Shown piece after piece: positions 9,192-18,262 of a DNA stretch of 41,586 nt. Each line of letters starts with the position of its first letter. Within the stretch, counting starts at the first letter, position 1. The position numbers were made by a program, and so were the translations under genes. The stretch is from a virus (lineage: Duplodnaviria > Heunggongvirae > Uroviricota > Caudoviricetes): positions 1-41,586 of the IMG/VR virus record IMGVR_UViG_2778261450_000006, one strand, 5' to 3'. The notes under the pieces are model-generated. The model saw only the letters and a program-made list of their open reading frames with translations, was not told where the DNA came from and did no database searches.

Positions 9192-9533
9192 ATGGCAATT
9201 AATGGCGCTGCAGCGACTGTTCCATTAAGCCCCGGTGAACGCCTGAATGGACTTAATCATATTGCGGAGTTAAGGGCGAAAGTATTTGGCCTTAATATTG
9301 AGTCAGAGCTTGAGCGGTTTATTAAAGATATGCGTGATCCACGGGATATCAATAATGAACAAAATAAACGGGCACTGGCTGCCATATTCTTTATGGCAAA
9401 AATTCCAGCTGAACGTCATAGCATCAGCATTAATGAGCTGACCACTGACGAAAAGCGGGAGTTGATTAAAGCAATGAATCATTTTCGTGCAGTGGTGAGC
9501 TTATTTCCCAGACGGCTAACCATGCCGAATTAA
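9192..9533 (+). CDS. Hypothetical phage early protein
   Basis: 113-aa ORF in early operon with plausible RBS. Confidence 0.5.
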   Translation: MAINGAAATVPLSPGERLNGLNHIAELRAKVFGLNIESELERFIKDMRDPRDINNEQNKRALAAIFFMAKIPAERHSISINELTTDEKRELIKAMNHFRAVVSLFPRRLTMPN

Positions 9534-9600
9534 CCAACTAATGAAATTAATGGCGTAAACCCGCCGGGCATCCCTTTATCTAAATTCAGGAGAATTGATT

Positions 9601-9834
9601 ATGCGTAATATTGAAACCCTCTCGACTAAAACCGGACCGGATGACGCAGGGCTTAATATTTTACTGACAGAGGCTCGTCTGGAAGAACGCCGGGCAAGGG
9701 CTGAAGCAATGGCAGCTCGCCTTGATAGCCTGGCGTGTCATATCACATCCCGCCAGCTAAACCACGTCGAAGCGGCAGAACTGCTGCGTGTAACTGCTGA
9801 AGCAATCCAGAACGAAGCGCAGGAGATCCACTAA
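9601..9834 (+). CDS. Hypothetical phage early protein
   Basis: ATG at 9601 preceded by AGGAG (track ORF starts at TTG 9595); stop overlaps next start (TAATG). Confidence 0.5.
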   Translation: MRNIETLSTKTGPDDAGLNILLTEARLEERRARAEAMAARLDSLACHITSRQLNHVEAAELLRVTAEAIQNEAQEIH

Positions 9835-10061
9835 TGGCTGATGCAATGGATCTCGTACAGCAGCGCGTTGAAGAAGAACGCCAGCGCCATATTCGTGCTG
9901 CCCGTGCCAAAACACCGGGCGTGTCTCGCGTGCTTTGTATTGAATGTGAAGCGCCAATTCCGCCAGCACGACGCCGCGCCATTCCGGGAGTGCAGCTTTG
10001 CATTACCTGCCAGGAAATCGTAGAGCTGAAAGGCAAACATTACAACGGAGGTGCTGTATGA
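9834..10061 (+). CDS. TraR/DksA-family C4 zinc-finger protein
   Basis: 75 aa with CIECEAPIP...CITCQ four-cysteine motif typical of phage TraR/DksA-like proteins. Confidence 0.7.
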
Positions 10062-10360
10062 CAAGGGCAGTGCGTATCCATCAATTAAAAATTGCACCTA
10101 AGTATTTCAACGCTGTGGTTGCAGGTCAAAAGACGGCTGAACTTCGTAAAGACGATCGTGGCTATAAAGTTGGTGATGTTCTTTCTCTTTGCGAATGGAA
10201 GCATGGCGTATTTACGGGTAGGGAATGGGCCGCTGTTATCTCTCATGTGCTTCCGGTTAATGACGTCATGGCAGTTTCAGAACAATGGGTGATGCTATCA
10301 ATTCGCCCATTAACTCCATTAGAAGCTTTGGGATATGTTATTGCAGGAGGTGCTGTATGA
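10058..10360 (+). CDS. Hypothetical protein, possibly ASCH-like/DUF3850 fold
   Basis: 100-aa ORF starting at ATG 10058 with GGAGG RBS; start and stop junctions overlap neighbours (ATGA). Confidence 0.5.
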
Positions 10361-11214
10361 GCACCATCCTGAAATGGGCAGGTAATAAAACTGCCATTAT
10401 GTCCGAACTGAAAAAACATCTTCCTGCTGGCCCGCGACTGGTTGAACCTTTCGCGGGTTCCTGTGCTGTGATGATGGAGACGGATTACCCCAGCTATCTT
10501 GTTGCGGATATTAATCCTGATTTAATCAACCTCTATAAAAAGGTTGCTGCTGATTGTGAATCGTTTATATCTCGCGCCAGAGTTTTATTTGAGATCGCAA
10601 ACAGGGAGGTGGCTTATTACAACATAAGGCAGGAGTTTAATTACTCAACTGAAATTACTGATTTCATGAAAGCGGTATATTTCCTGTATCTAAATCGTCA
10701 CGGTTACCGTGGTTTATGTCGCTATAACAAGAGCGGGCATTTCAACATTCCCTACGGTAATTATAAAAATCCGTATTTCCCTGAAAAAGAAATTCGCGCA
10801 TTTGCAGAAAAAGCCCAGCGAGCAACGTTTATCTGCGCCAGCTTTGATGAAACGCTGGCGATGTTGAAAGCGGGGGATGTGGTGTATTGCGATCCGCCGT
10901 ATGACGGTACGTTTTCCGGCTATCACACTGACGGCTTCACTGAAGATGACCAGTATCACCTGGCATCTGTTCTTGAACATCGGTCATCAGAAGGACATCC
11001 GGTCATTGTTTCTAACAGTGACACATCCCTGATCCGTTCGCTGTATCGCAATTTTACTCACCACTACATCAAGGCAAAACGCAGCATCGGTGTGGCAGCT
11101 GGCGAGGGTAAATCAGCAACAGAAATCATTGCTGTTTCCGGGCCGCGCTGCTGGGTGGGATTTGATTATTCGCGTGGCGTGGATAGTTCTGCCGTGTACG
11201 GAGTACGTGCATGA
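10357..11214 (+). CDS. dam: Orphan DNA adenine methyltransferase (Dam family)
   Basis: Start [18 protein letters not shown] (AdoMet-binding) and DPPY catalytic motif; no adjacent restriction endonuclease gene. Confidence 0.85.
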
Positions 11215-13625
11215 GTCATGCCGATATGAACAACTGCTGCGGCTTTAACGAAGCTGCCGCATCGTTCTCATGGAACAGCCCGAAAAAGGCCATTAACCCT
11301 TATCTGGACCCGGCGGAAGTTGCGCCGGTTTCTACGCTTTCAAACCTGATCACTCTGTACGCTGCCGATAACGAGCAGGAACAGCTGCGCCGTGAGGCGC
11401 TGAGTGATCAGGTCTGGGAGCGTTATTTCTTTAATGAATCCCGTGATCCTGTCCAGCGCGAAATGGAGCAGGATAAGCTCATTAGTCGGGCAAAGCTGGC
11501 GCATGAGCAGCAGCGTTTTAACCCGGACATGGTCATTCTGGCAGACGTCAGCGCCCAGCCCTCCCATATCAGCAAGCCGCTGATGCAACGTATTGAATAC
11601 TTCAGCAGCCTTGGCAGGCCAAAGGCTTATTCCCGCTATTTGCGTGAGACGATTAAGCCATGTCTGGAACGGCTGGAGCATGTACGCGACAGTCAGCTAT
11701 CCACATCTTTTCGCTTTATGGCAAGCCATGAAGGGCTGGACGGCCTGCTGATTCTGCCTGAAATGAGTCAGGATCAGGTGAAACGCCTGTCCACCCTTGT
11801 TGCTGCGCATATGAGCATGTGCCTTGATGCAGCTTGTGGCGATTTGTATGTCACCGATGACGTTAAGCCAGAAGAAATCCGCAAGACATGGGAAAAGGTG
11901 GCAGCAGAAACCCTGCGACTGGATGTCATACCGCCTGCGTTTGAGCAACTCCGCCGGAAAAGAAACCGCCGTAAACCCGTGCCATATGAACTCATTCCGG
12001 GTTCGCTGGCGCGTATGTTGTGCGCCGATTGGTGGTACCGGAAATTATGGAAGATGCGTTGCGAATGGCGGGAAGAGCAGTTGCGTGCTGTTTGCCTGGT
12101 CAGCAAAAAAGCATCTCCCTATGTCAGCTATGAAGCCGTGATGCATAAACGTGAGCAGCGCCGTAAGTCGCTGGAGTTTTTCCGTTCTCATGAACTGGTG
12201 AACGAAGACGGCGACACGCTGGACATGGAGGATGTGGTAAACGCCAGCAGCAGCAACCCTGCGCATCGCCGCAATGAGATGATGGCCTGTGTTAAAGGTC
12301 TGGAGCTTATCGCGGAAATGCGCGGTGACTGCGCCGTTTTCTACACCATCACCTGTCCGTCACGTTTCCATTCCACGCTAAATAACGGCAGGCCCAACCC
12401 GACCTGGACAAATACGACGGTAAGACAAAGCAGTGATTATCTGGTCGGCATGTTTGCTGCATTTCGTAAGGCGATGCACAAAGCCGGATTGCGCTGGTAT
12501 GGCGTGCGGGTGGCTGAGCCGCATCATGACGGTACAGTTCACTGGCACCTGTTGTGTTTTATGCGCAAAAAAGATCGCCGCACCATTACTGCTTTGTTGC
12601 GTAAGTTTGCCATTCGTGAAGACCGCGAGGAGCTGGGTAATAACACGGGACCACGCTTTAAGTCTGAGCTGATAAACCCGCGCAAAGGTACGCCAACAAG
12701 CTACATCGCGAAATACATCAGTAAGAACATTGACGGGCGTGGTCTGGCTGGCGAGATCAGCAAGGAAACGGGTAAATCCCTGCGTGATAACGCTGAATAC
12801 GTTAATGCCTGGGCGTCTCTGCATCGTGTTCAGCAATTCCGCTTCTTTGGCATTCCGGGGCGTCAGGCTTACCGTGAACTGCGATTGCTGGCTGGTCAGG
12901 CGGCAAGGCAACAGGGGGACAAAAAAGCAGGTGCGCCGGTACTGGATAACCCGCGCCTTGATGCAATCCTGGCTGCTGCTGATGCTGGTTGTTTTGCCAC
13001 CTACATCATGAAGCAGGGCGGCGTACTGGTTCCCCGCAAATATCACCTCATCAGAACTGCTTATGAAATCAACGAAGAACCGACCGCATATGGCGATCAC
13101 GGTATTCGTATTTATGGCATCTGGTCACCCATTGCAGAGGGCAAGATCTGCACTCATGCGGTGAAGTGGAAAATGGTTCGTAAGGCTGTTGACGTTCAGG
13201 AGGCGGCAGCCGACCAGGGCGCTTGCGCCCCTTGGACTCGTGGCAATAACTGTCCCCTTGCTGAAAATTTGAACCAACAAGGGAAAGACAAATCAGCTGA
13301 TGGGGATACCAGAACGGAAATCACCCGCATGGATGACAAGGAATTGCACGATTACCTGCACAGTATGAGCAAAAAAGAGCGCCGGGAACTGGCAGCAAGG
13401 TTACGCCTGGTTAAACCGAAACGGCGTAAAGACTACAAACAGCGAATTACAGATCATCAGCGACAGCAGCTCGTCTATGAACTGAAGTCCAGAGGATTTG
13501 ATGGCAGCGAGAAAGAGGTCGATTTACTCCTTCGCGGCGGCAGTATTCCGTCAGGAGCAGGCCTGCGTATCTTCTATCGGAACCAGCGTCTGCAGGAGGA
13601 TGATAAATGGCGGAACCTGTATTAA
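11211..13625 (+). CDS. A: Replication initiation protein A (rolling-circle nickase, P2 gpA family)
   Basis: 804 aa; HUH-like VHWHLL motif and YIAKYISK tyrosine motif; position between early genes and SOS operon. Confidence 0.9.
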   Translation: MSHADMNNCCGFNEAAASFSWNSPKKAINPYLDPAEVAPVSTLSNLITLYAADNEQEQLRREALSDQVWERYFFNESRDPVQREMEQDKLISRAKLAHEQQRFNPDMVILADVSAQPSHISKPLMQRIEYFSSLGRPKAYSRYLRETIKPCLERLEHVRDSQLSTSFRFMASHEGLDGLLILPEMSQDQVKRLSTLVAAHMSMCLDAACGDLYVTDDVKPEEIRKTWEKVAAETLRLDVIPPAFEQLRRKRNRRKPVPYELIPGSLARMLCADWWYRKLWKMRCEWREEQLRAVCLVSKKASPYVSYEAVMHKREQRRKSLEFFRSHELVNEDGDTLDMEDVVNASSSNPAHRRNEMMACVKGLELIAEMRGDCAVFYTITCPSRFHSTLNNGRPNPTWTNTTVRQSSDYLVGMFAAFRKAMHKAGLRWYGVRVAEPHHDGTVHWHLLCFMRKKDRRTITALLRKFAIREDREELGNNTGPRFKSELINPRKGTPTSYIAKYISKNIDGRGLAGEISKETGKSLRDNAEYVNAWASLHRVQQFRFFGIPGRQAYRELRLLAGQAARQQGDKKAGAPVLDNPRLDAILAAADAGCFATYIMKQGGVLVPRKYHLIRTAYEINEEPTAYGDHGIRIYGIWSPIAEGKICTHAVKWKMVRKAVDVQEAAADQGACAPWTRGNNCPLAENLNQQGKDKSADGDTRTEITRMDDKELHDYLHSMSKKERRELAARLRLVKPKRRKDYKQRITDHQRQQLVYELKSRGFDGSEKEVDLLLRGGSIPSGAGLRIFYRNQRLQEDDKWRNLY

Positions 13626-13717
13626 TTACGCAGGTTAACAATTCGTGCTCTTAATAATACCAGGCATATCAGGCTGATGAGCGTAAAAAAACGTTTTACA
13701 TCAGTAAGATTATTATA

Positions 13718-13737
13718 TACTGTAAATATAAACAGTG
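13718..13737. promoter_or_regulatory. LexA (SOS) box overlapping the promoter of the tum/dinI-like operon
   Basis: tactgtaaatataaacagtg is a perfect CTGT-N8-ACAG match, ~40 bp upstream of the 13778 ORF. Confidence 0.7.
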
Positions 13738-13777
13738 GTTATGTATACAGTGTTGCTTTGGTGTCATAGGAGGAAAG

Positions 13778-13966
13778 ATGCAGGACTATTTTTTGGAGTC
13801 TTTGAAGCTCCAGCGCATTGATTTTTTTCTTAAGCTTGTAGCGGCTAGTGAGTGTAGTGATGAAGAGAAGGGGCTGGCCCTGCAGTGGGTTTCTGAACTG
13901 ACAGATGAACTCATGGCAAAAATCAGAACCCACGAATACAACCGCTCAATGGATGTCATCAGCTGA
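13778..13966 (+). CDS. Small SOS-controlled protein, candidate Tum-like antirepressor N-terminal module
   Basis: 62-aa ORF with AGGAGG RBS directly downstream of the LexA box; position corresponds to 186 tum. Confidence 0.45.
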   Translation: MQDYFLESLKLQRIDFFLKLVAASECSDEEKGLALQWVSELTDELMAKIRTHEYNRSMDVIS

Positions 13967-13976
13967 GGTGACTTTT

Positions 13977-14210
13977 ATGCGCATTGAAATAATGATCGAT
14001 AAAGAGCAGAAGATTAGCCAGTCTACCCTGGACGCTCTGGAGTCAGAGCTTTACCGCAACCTGCAACCCATCTATCCCAAGACAGCTATCCGCATCCGTA
14101 AAGGGTCGGCAAACGGCGTTGAGCTGAGTGGCTTAAAGCTTGATGAAGACAAAAAGCGGGTGATGGAAATTATGCAGCAGGTTTGGGAAGACGACAGCTG
14201 GCTGCACTAA
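13977..14210 (+). CDS. dinI: DinI-family protein
   Basis: MRIEIMIDKEQKISQSTLDALESEL...EDKKRVMEIMQQVWEDDSW resembles E. coli DinI; ATG 13977 with GAGGTG RBS (track ORF starts 13905). Confidence 0.75.
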   Translation: MRIEIMIDKEQKISQSTLDALESELYRNLQPIYPKTAIRIRKGSANGVELSGLKLDEDKKRVMEIMQQVWEDDSWLH

Positions 14211-14283
14211 GGAACGTTCCTGATGTAAGAACTTGATTCTGACGTCAGCAAGGTTGAACAACGAGAGTAGCGAGGCGTTAGCC

Positions 14284-14544
14284 ATGGGTAAAAAAGACAG
14301 TAATCACCAGATTATTTATCGGGGCCAGGTGCTGGAACGGTTTACCCCTGGCGGCTGGGTCTTCTTTCAACGCCCAAAGGAGTGTGGCGGAGGTTTTTGG
14401 TTGGGCCGCACCTATGAAGACTGCTTCTGGCTTGAGCTGGAATTCCCCGTTTCGCTATATGACGGCCTGGAGTTTTTGATGGAAGTCACCAGGGTAGAGC
14501 AGAGAAGTGATGAGGTTGACGCGAATTATTCCCTGTTTGATTAA
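14284..14544 (+). CDS. Hypothetical protein
   Basis: 86-aa ORF from ATG 14284 (track ORF starts 14233); no recognisable motif. Confidence 0.4.
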   Translation: MGKKDSNHQIIYRGQVLERFTPGGWVFFQRPKECGGGFWLGRTYEDCFWLELEFPVSLYDGLEFLMEVTRVEQRSDEVDANYSLFD

Positions 14545-14592
14545 AAATGTATTAGCTTATAATGGAATACTATTTTTGCAGGTGGGGGCGCA

Positions 14593-15204
14593 ATGGATTT
14601 AGTCTTTAAAATTCTGGCTTCGTTGGGTGGGGTGTCTTTTGTTGCATCTGGCATATTTGTTTGGATCGGGAAAGTTTATTTAGAAAGATATAAGTCGCGG
14701 CTAAACAAAGATATTGCTGAATTTCAATCACAACTGAGTGCAACTAATGAAAGAATAAAGGCTAAGTTAGACAATTCTGTTTATGTAACGAAAGCGTATT
14801 TTGATAAGGAGTTATCAGCATATAGTCTCATTTGGAATTCGATGTTTGAAACCAGAGAAAGCGTGCTTAAGCTGAGGCCTGCGCTGGATCATTTTGACCC
14901 CAACGAACCATTTGAAGAGAGAAAATTTAGAAGGTTGAAAGTTTTTTTCGATGCATTTAATACTTTTGTTACAAGTGTTGAGTCTAACAAACCGTTCATC
15001 TCACCAGAGGTTTATATAATCTTGGACCGTTTCCGGAAGGAATGCCTTTCAGAGTCAATATCGTTTCAGCATGGCGATCCAGAATTTGACTGGCAAAATT
15101 ATTGGAAAGAGGCAGAGTTGAACCGTACAACCATCACCAAGCTTTTTGATGAGACGTGTGATGCAATTCGAGACAGGATGCACACATTAACTGTGGTTAC
15201 GTAG
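14593..15204 (+). CDS. Membrane-anchored protein of unknown function (single N-terminal TM helix; cargo)
   Basis: 203 aa, hydrophobic N-terminus ILASLGGVSFVASGIFVWIG followed by a soluble domain; AT-rich; followed by a terminator. Confidence 0.5.
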   Translation: MDLVFKILASLGGVSFVASGIFVWIGKVYLERYKSRLNKDIAEFQSQLSATNERIKAKLDNSVYVTKAYFDKELSAYSLIWNSMFETRESVLKLRPALDHFDPNEPFEERKFRRLKVFFDAFNTFVTSVESNKPFISPEVYIILDRFRKECLSESISFQHGDPEFDWQNYWKEAELNRTTITKLFDETCDAIRDRMHTLTVVT

Positions 15205-15295
15205 TTTTCCAAAAAGTCTCGATGCCCGCTTTGGCGATTGTGCATGTCTATGCCGCATGAATCCGCATGATCGTTTGAGGATCGTTTTAGCTGAG

Positions 15296-15319
15296 GCCCG
15301 CTAGGAATGGCGGGCTTTT
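15296..15319 (+). terminator. Rho-independent terminator
   Basis: gcccgc / gcgggc stem with 8-nt loop followed by TTTT. Confidence 0.5.
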
Positions 15320-15364
15320 GCTTATGTCATGCAGGCGCATGAAAACCACTACATAAAGCGGGCA

Positions 15365-15383
15365 GGCGTGGCGGGGATACGAG
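15365..15383. other. Candidate cos (cohesive-end) site of the P2/186-family phage
   Basis: ggcgtggcggggatacgag resembles the P2 19-nt cohesive end GGCGAGGCGGGGAAAGCAC as recalled from memory. Confidence 0.35.
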
Positions 15384-15535
15384 CGCGCGCTAAGTCATAT
15401 AAGAGTTATATATTGATTTGATTGCTGGACATGCATACAGTATCGCTCTATCATCTAATAAATCTTAGAGTATTTGGCAATGTTTGGATAAAATGGAACC
15501 TAACTTATTCATAATCCGCTAAACAGGGATGTCAG

Positions 15536-16450
15536 ATGCCATACCAATTGGTAGAGCTTAGCCCCGTAGCTAACGATCTTGAACAGTTAGGAACCAAAGA
15601 GAAGTTTTGGTTCTATTTCTCCGATGACACTGTAAATTTGCAGTTGTTTAAGTACTCTAGGCCAGGTACTGGCGAGCATTGGTCTGAAAAGTGTGCTGCT
15701 GAGTTATGTCATTTGCTTAACATTCCACATGCTAGCTATGATTTGGCGCGATACAATGGTCGATTCGGTGTGGTGACTCAGAATATCATTCCATCTGGTT
15801 TCCGGATGGTAATGGGAAATGAAGTGCTTCACAGTTCGACATTCGATTATCCTGGGCCTTTACAAGCCGGGGAAAAGCCGGTAAGGGTCAGAGAACACAC
15901 TGTCACAAGGGTATTGGGTTGTTTGGATAGGGAATCTATCAAGCCTCCTCCGAGTGTATATGATCTAACCGGGCTAAATGCAGCAGATGTATTTTGTGGA
16001 TATTTGATGCTCGATGCACTTGTGAGTAATCAAGATCGCCATCATGAAAATTGGGCGATCATGCTTAACAATGAAACTGGTGAGCAGTTTTTGTGTCCAA
16101 CATACGATCATGCCGCTAGTTTAGGAAGGGAGATGTTAGATGATGAGCGTAACGAACGGCTTAATACTAAAGATAAAAATCGACAAATCCCATGTTTTGT
16201 AAGAAAAGCTCGCTCTGAGCTATTCAAAGCAAAAACTGATAAAAAGCCCTTGCTGACCGTTGAAGCATTTCAACATGCAGTTGAAGGGAGAGTTGCCGCT
16301 CGCGACCATTGGTTAGGTAAGTTGAGCGTTTTAACAGAAGATTCCATTACAGATGTGTTTAACCAAGTGCCTTCATCGTGTATATCCGACAGTGCACGTA
16401 GATTTGCAACGTTAATGGTAATGGAAAATCGCAGAAGGTTACTAGAATGA
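15536..16450 (+). CDS. HipA-like serine/threonine kinase core (lacks HipA N-terminal subdomain)
   Basis: P-loop-like GTKEKF near N-terminus and catalytic motif LDALVSNQDRHHENWAIM matching the HipA D-x-H-x-x-N region; YDHAASLG follows. AT-rich leader. Confidence 0.7.
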   Translation: MPYQLVELSPVANDLEQLGTKEKFWFYFSDDTVNLQLFKYSRPGTGEHWSEKCAAELCHLLNIPHASYDLARYNGRFGVVTQNIIPSGFRMVMGNEVLHSSTFDYPGPLQAGEKPVRVREHTVTRVLGCLDRESIKPPPSVYDLTGLNAADVFCGYLMLDALVSNQDRHHENWAIMLNNETGEQFLCPTYDHAASLGREMLDDERNERLNTKDKNRQIPCFVRKARSELFKAKTDKKPLLTVEAFQHAVEGRVAARDHWLGKLSVLTEDSITDVFNQVPSSCISDSARRFATLMVMENRRRLLE

Positions 16451-17187
16451 CTAATACAAACTCCGTTTACGTCGCATGGCAGGCACCAGATACCAGAGAC
16501 TGGCATGTTGTTGGTAACTTGCAAGAGCGCAAATCGGGGTATGTTTTCAGGTATACCAAAGGTGCTCTTAAATCTACTAAATTTACAAAGTTTAGCGGCA
16601 TGAGTGATGTTCGTGAAACTTATGTTTCGGAAGAATTGTTTCCTCTTTTTAAAAATCGCCTTTTATCACCGAGACGTCCAGAGTATCCGAGTTTCATTAA
16701 ATGGCTTGGATTTGAAGAAGATAAGGTAAATCCTATCGATATTCTTGCTCGCTCGGGAGGCTTACGAAGCACTGATCAGCTGCAGATTTTCAAAAAAATT
16801 GATGTTGATTCTGATGGTAACTTTGAGCATTTTTTCTTCTTACATGGACTTGGTTACTTAAATAGCTTAGCTAATGCTCGTGTATCTGAATTGAAACCGG
16901 GGCAAATTTTGCGTCTTTGCTTGGATCTTCAAAATGAATACGATGGGGATGCTGTTGTCGTTCGTGCAGATAAACCAGCTGAAATCGTTGGTTACTGCCC
17001 TAGGTATTTAAGTAATGATATCAAGAAGATGTTATTGGATGATCCAAAATCAATCACTTTAACGGTCGAAAAGATTAGCGATGATGCTCCTCATAACTAT
17101 CGGTTATTATGTAAATTATCAGGAGTACTAAGCCAAGCCTGTCAATCGACGCTGATTCCTCAGGATGAGTTTGAACCTATTGAGTAA
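16447..17187 (+). CDS. HIRAN-domain protein with N-terminal HipA-N/HipS-like region
   Basis: C-terminal LKPGQILRLCLDLQNEYDGDAVVVRADKPAEIVGYCPRYL matches the HIRAN signature; start overlaps kinase stop (ATGA). Confidence 0.65.
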   Translation: MTNTNSVYVAWQAPDTRDWHVVGNLQERKSGYVFRYTKGALKSTKFTKFSGMSDVRETYVSEELFPLFKNRLLSPRRPEYPSFIKWLGFEEDKVNPIDILARSGGLRSTDQLQIFKKIDVDSDGNFEHFFFLHGLGYLNSLANARVSELKPGQILRLCLDLQNEYDGDAVVVRADKPAEIVGYCPRYLSNDIKKMLLDDPKSITLTVEKISDDAPHNYRLLCKLSGVLSQACQSTLIPQDEFEPIE

Positions 17188-17196
17188 ATGAAGAAA

Positions 17197-17220
17197 AGCC
17201 ACCAAACGGTGGCTTTTCTT
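17197..17220. terminator. Bidirectional rho-independent terminator between the HIRAN gene and convergent Q
   Basis: agccacc-aaac-ggtggct stem-loop flanked by A-run and T-run. Confidence 0.6.
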
Positions 17221-17221
17221 A

Positions 17222-18262
17222 TTATGGGACTATATCTAGCGAGTAGGTATTAAACTGTATCGCCTCCTTGCCAAGCCAATCATTCATCTCCTGTAATCGC
17301 TTTTGTAGTGGCATTAGCTCATTTCGGACGAATACACGGCTTGCCTTTTCCACATCCCCAAACCCCCCAACATTATTCGGCATAATCCCCATCATTTGCG
17401 GCGGCACGCGGTGCGCTGCCATCATGTCATCCCGACTCACGTTCTTGATGTTAAGAAATTCATCCTTCGCCGCGACTTCTGACAATGGGATGATCTGAAG
17501 CCCGTCTTTTTTGCCGTTAGGTGAGTACATAAACAGGTTGCGGAAGTTGCCTGGACCTTTGGCGCTTTTCATCGCGTTGCGGAGGTTGTTCACATCCTCC
17601 TGATTCTGCGCGGCATCGGTCATGTACATGATGAAGCCTGCATGGCTGCCGTTAATGTAATACTTACGGCGGAACAACGTGGCGGACTCGTTGAGCAGGG
17701 CTGACGGAATGGCAGAAAGATAACCGGGCAGGCCGTAGATCTCCTGGTTGATATCCGGTTCCATCAGATGAAAGATGCTGCCTTTCGTGAACTGATACGG
17801 CTGCGTAGTCATGCCGTATTGCACAAACCAGTAGGTATCCAGGTCTAACCCGCGTCGGGTGTATTTTGCCAGAGCAGGCTCAAGGGCGATAACTTCACCG
17901 AAGCGGTTCGTGCGTTTCTCCAGGTAGGCGTTACCAAATACCAGATAGTCCTGCACAAAACGTGAAAAAGCCTGCTGGCTGAGCAGCGGGTGGGGGATGT
18001 AGGTACTGGTCAGAATGTTGCATTTCACCGCAATTGGTGAACTGTGATGCACGGCGGCGCGGAAGGTGCGCGCCAGTCCGTCAAAGCTTACTGGCGGCTC
18101 ATACCAGCGATCTGTCTGTACGCATTCCACATAGTCCAGTAGTTCGCGGCGGTCCAGAACAGGAACGGGATCACCGAAGCTGAATGCTTCGGCTGTAGTT
18201 TGACTTTTATGCTGGATCTGGTTCGTCGACGCAGCGCGGTTCTTCTTACTCTTTCCCATCAA
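17222..18262 (-). CDS. Q: Portal protein (P2 gpQ family)
   Basis: 346 aa, size and position (leftward, paired with P, divergent from O) match P2 Q. Confidence 0.9.
   Translation of the reverse strand: MMGKSKKNRAASTNQIQHKSQTTAEAFSFGDPVPVLDRRELLDYVECVQTDRWYEPPVSFDGLARTFRAAVHHSSPIAVKCNILTSTYIPHPLLSQQAFSRFVQDYLVFGNAYLEKRTNRFGEVIALEPALAKYTRRGLDLDTYWFVQYGMTTQPYQFTKGSIFHLMEPDINQEIYGLPGYLSAIPSALLNESATLFRRKYYINGSHAGFIMYMTDAAQNQEDVNNLRNAMKSAKGPGNFRNLFMYSPNGKKDGLQIIPLSEVAAKDEFLNIKNVSRDDMMAAHRVPPQMMGIMPNNVGGFGDVEKASRVFVRNELMPLQKRLQEMNDWLGKEAIQFNTYSLDIVP

Noticed and set aside
12378-13100. 240-aa minus-strand ORF within replication gene A
   Set aside because: Fully embedded antisense to the conserved gpA ORF; no RBS or motif support.
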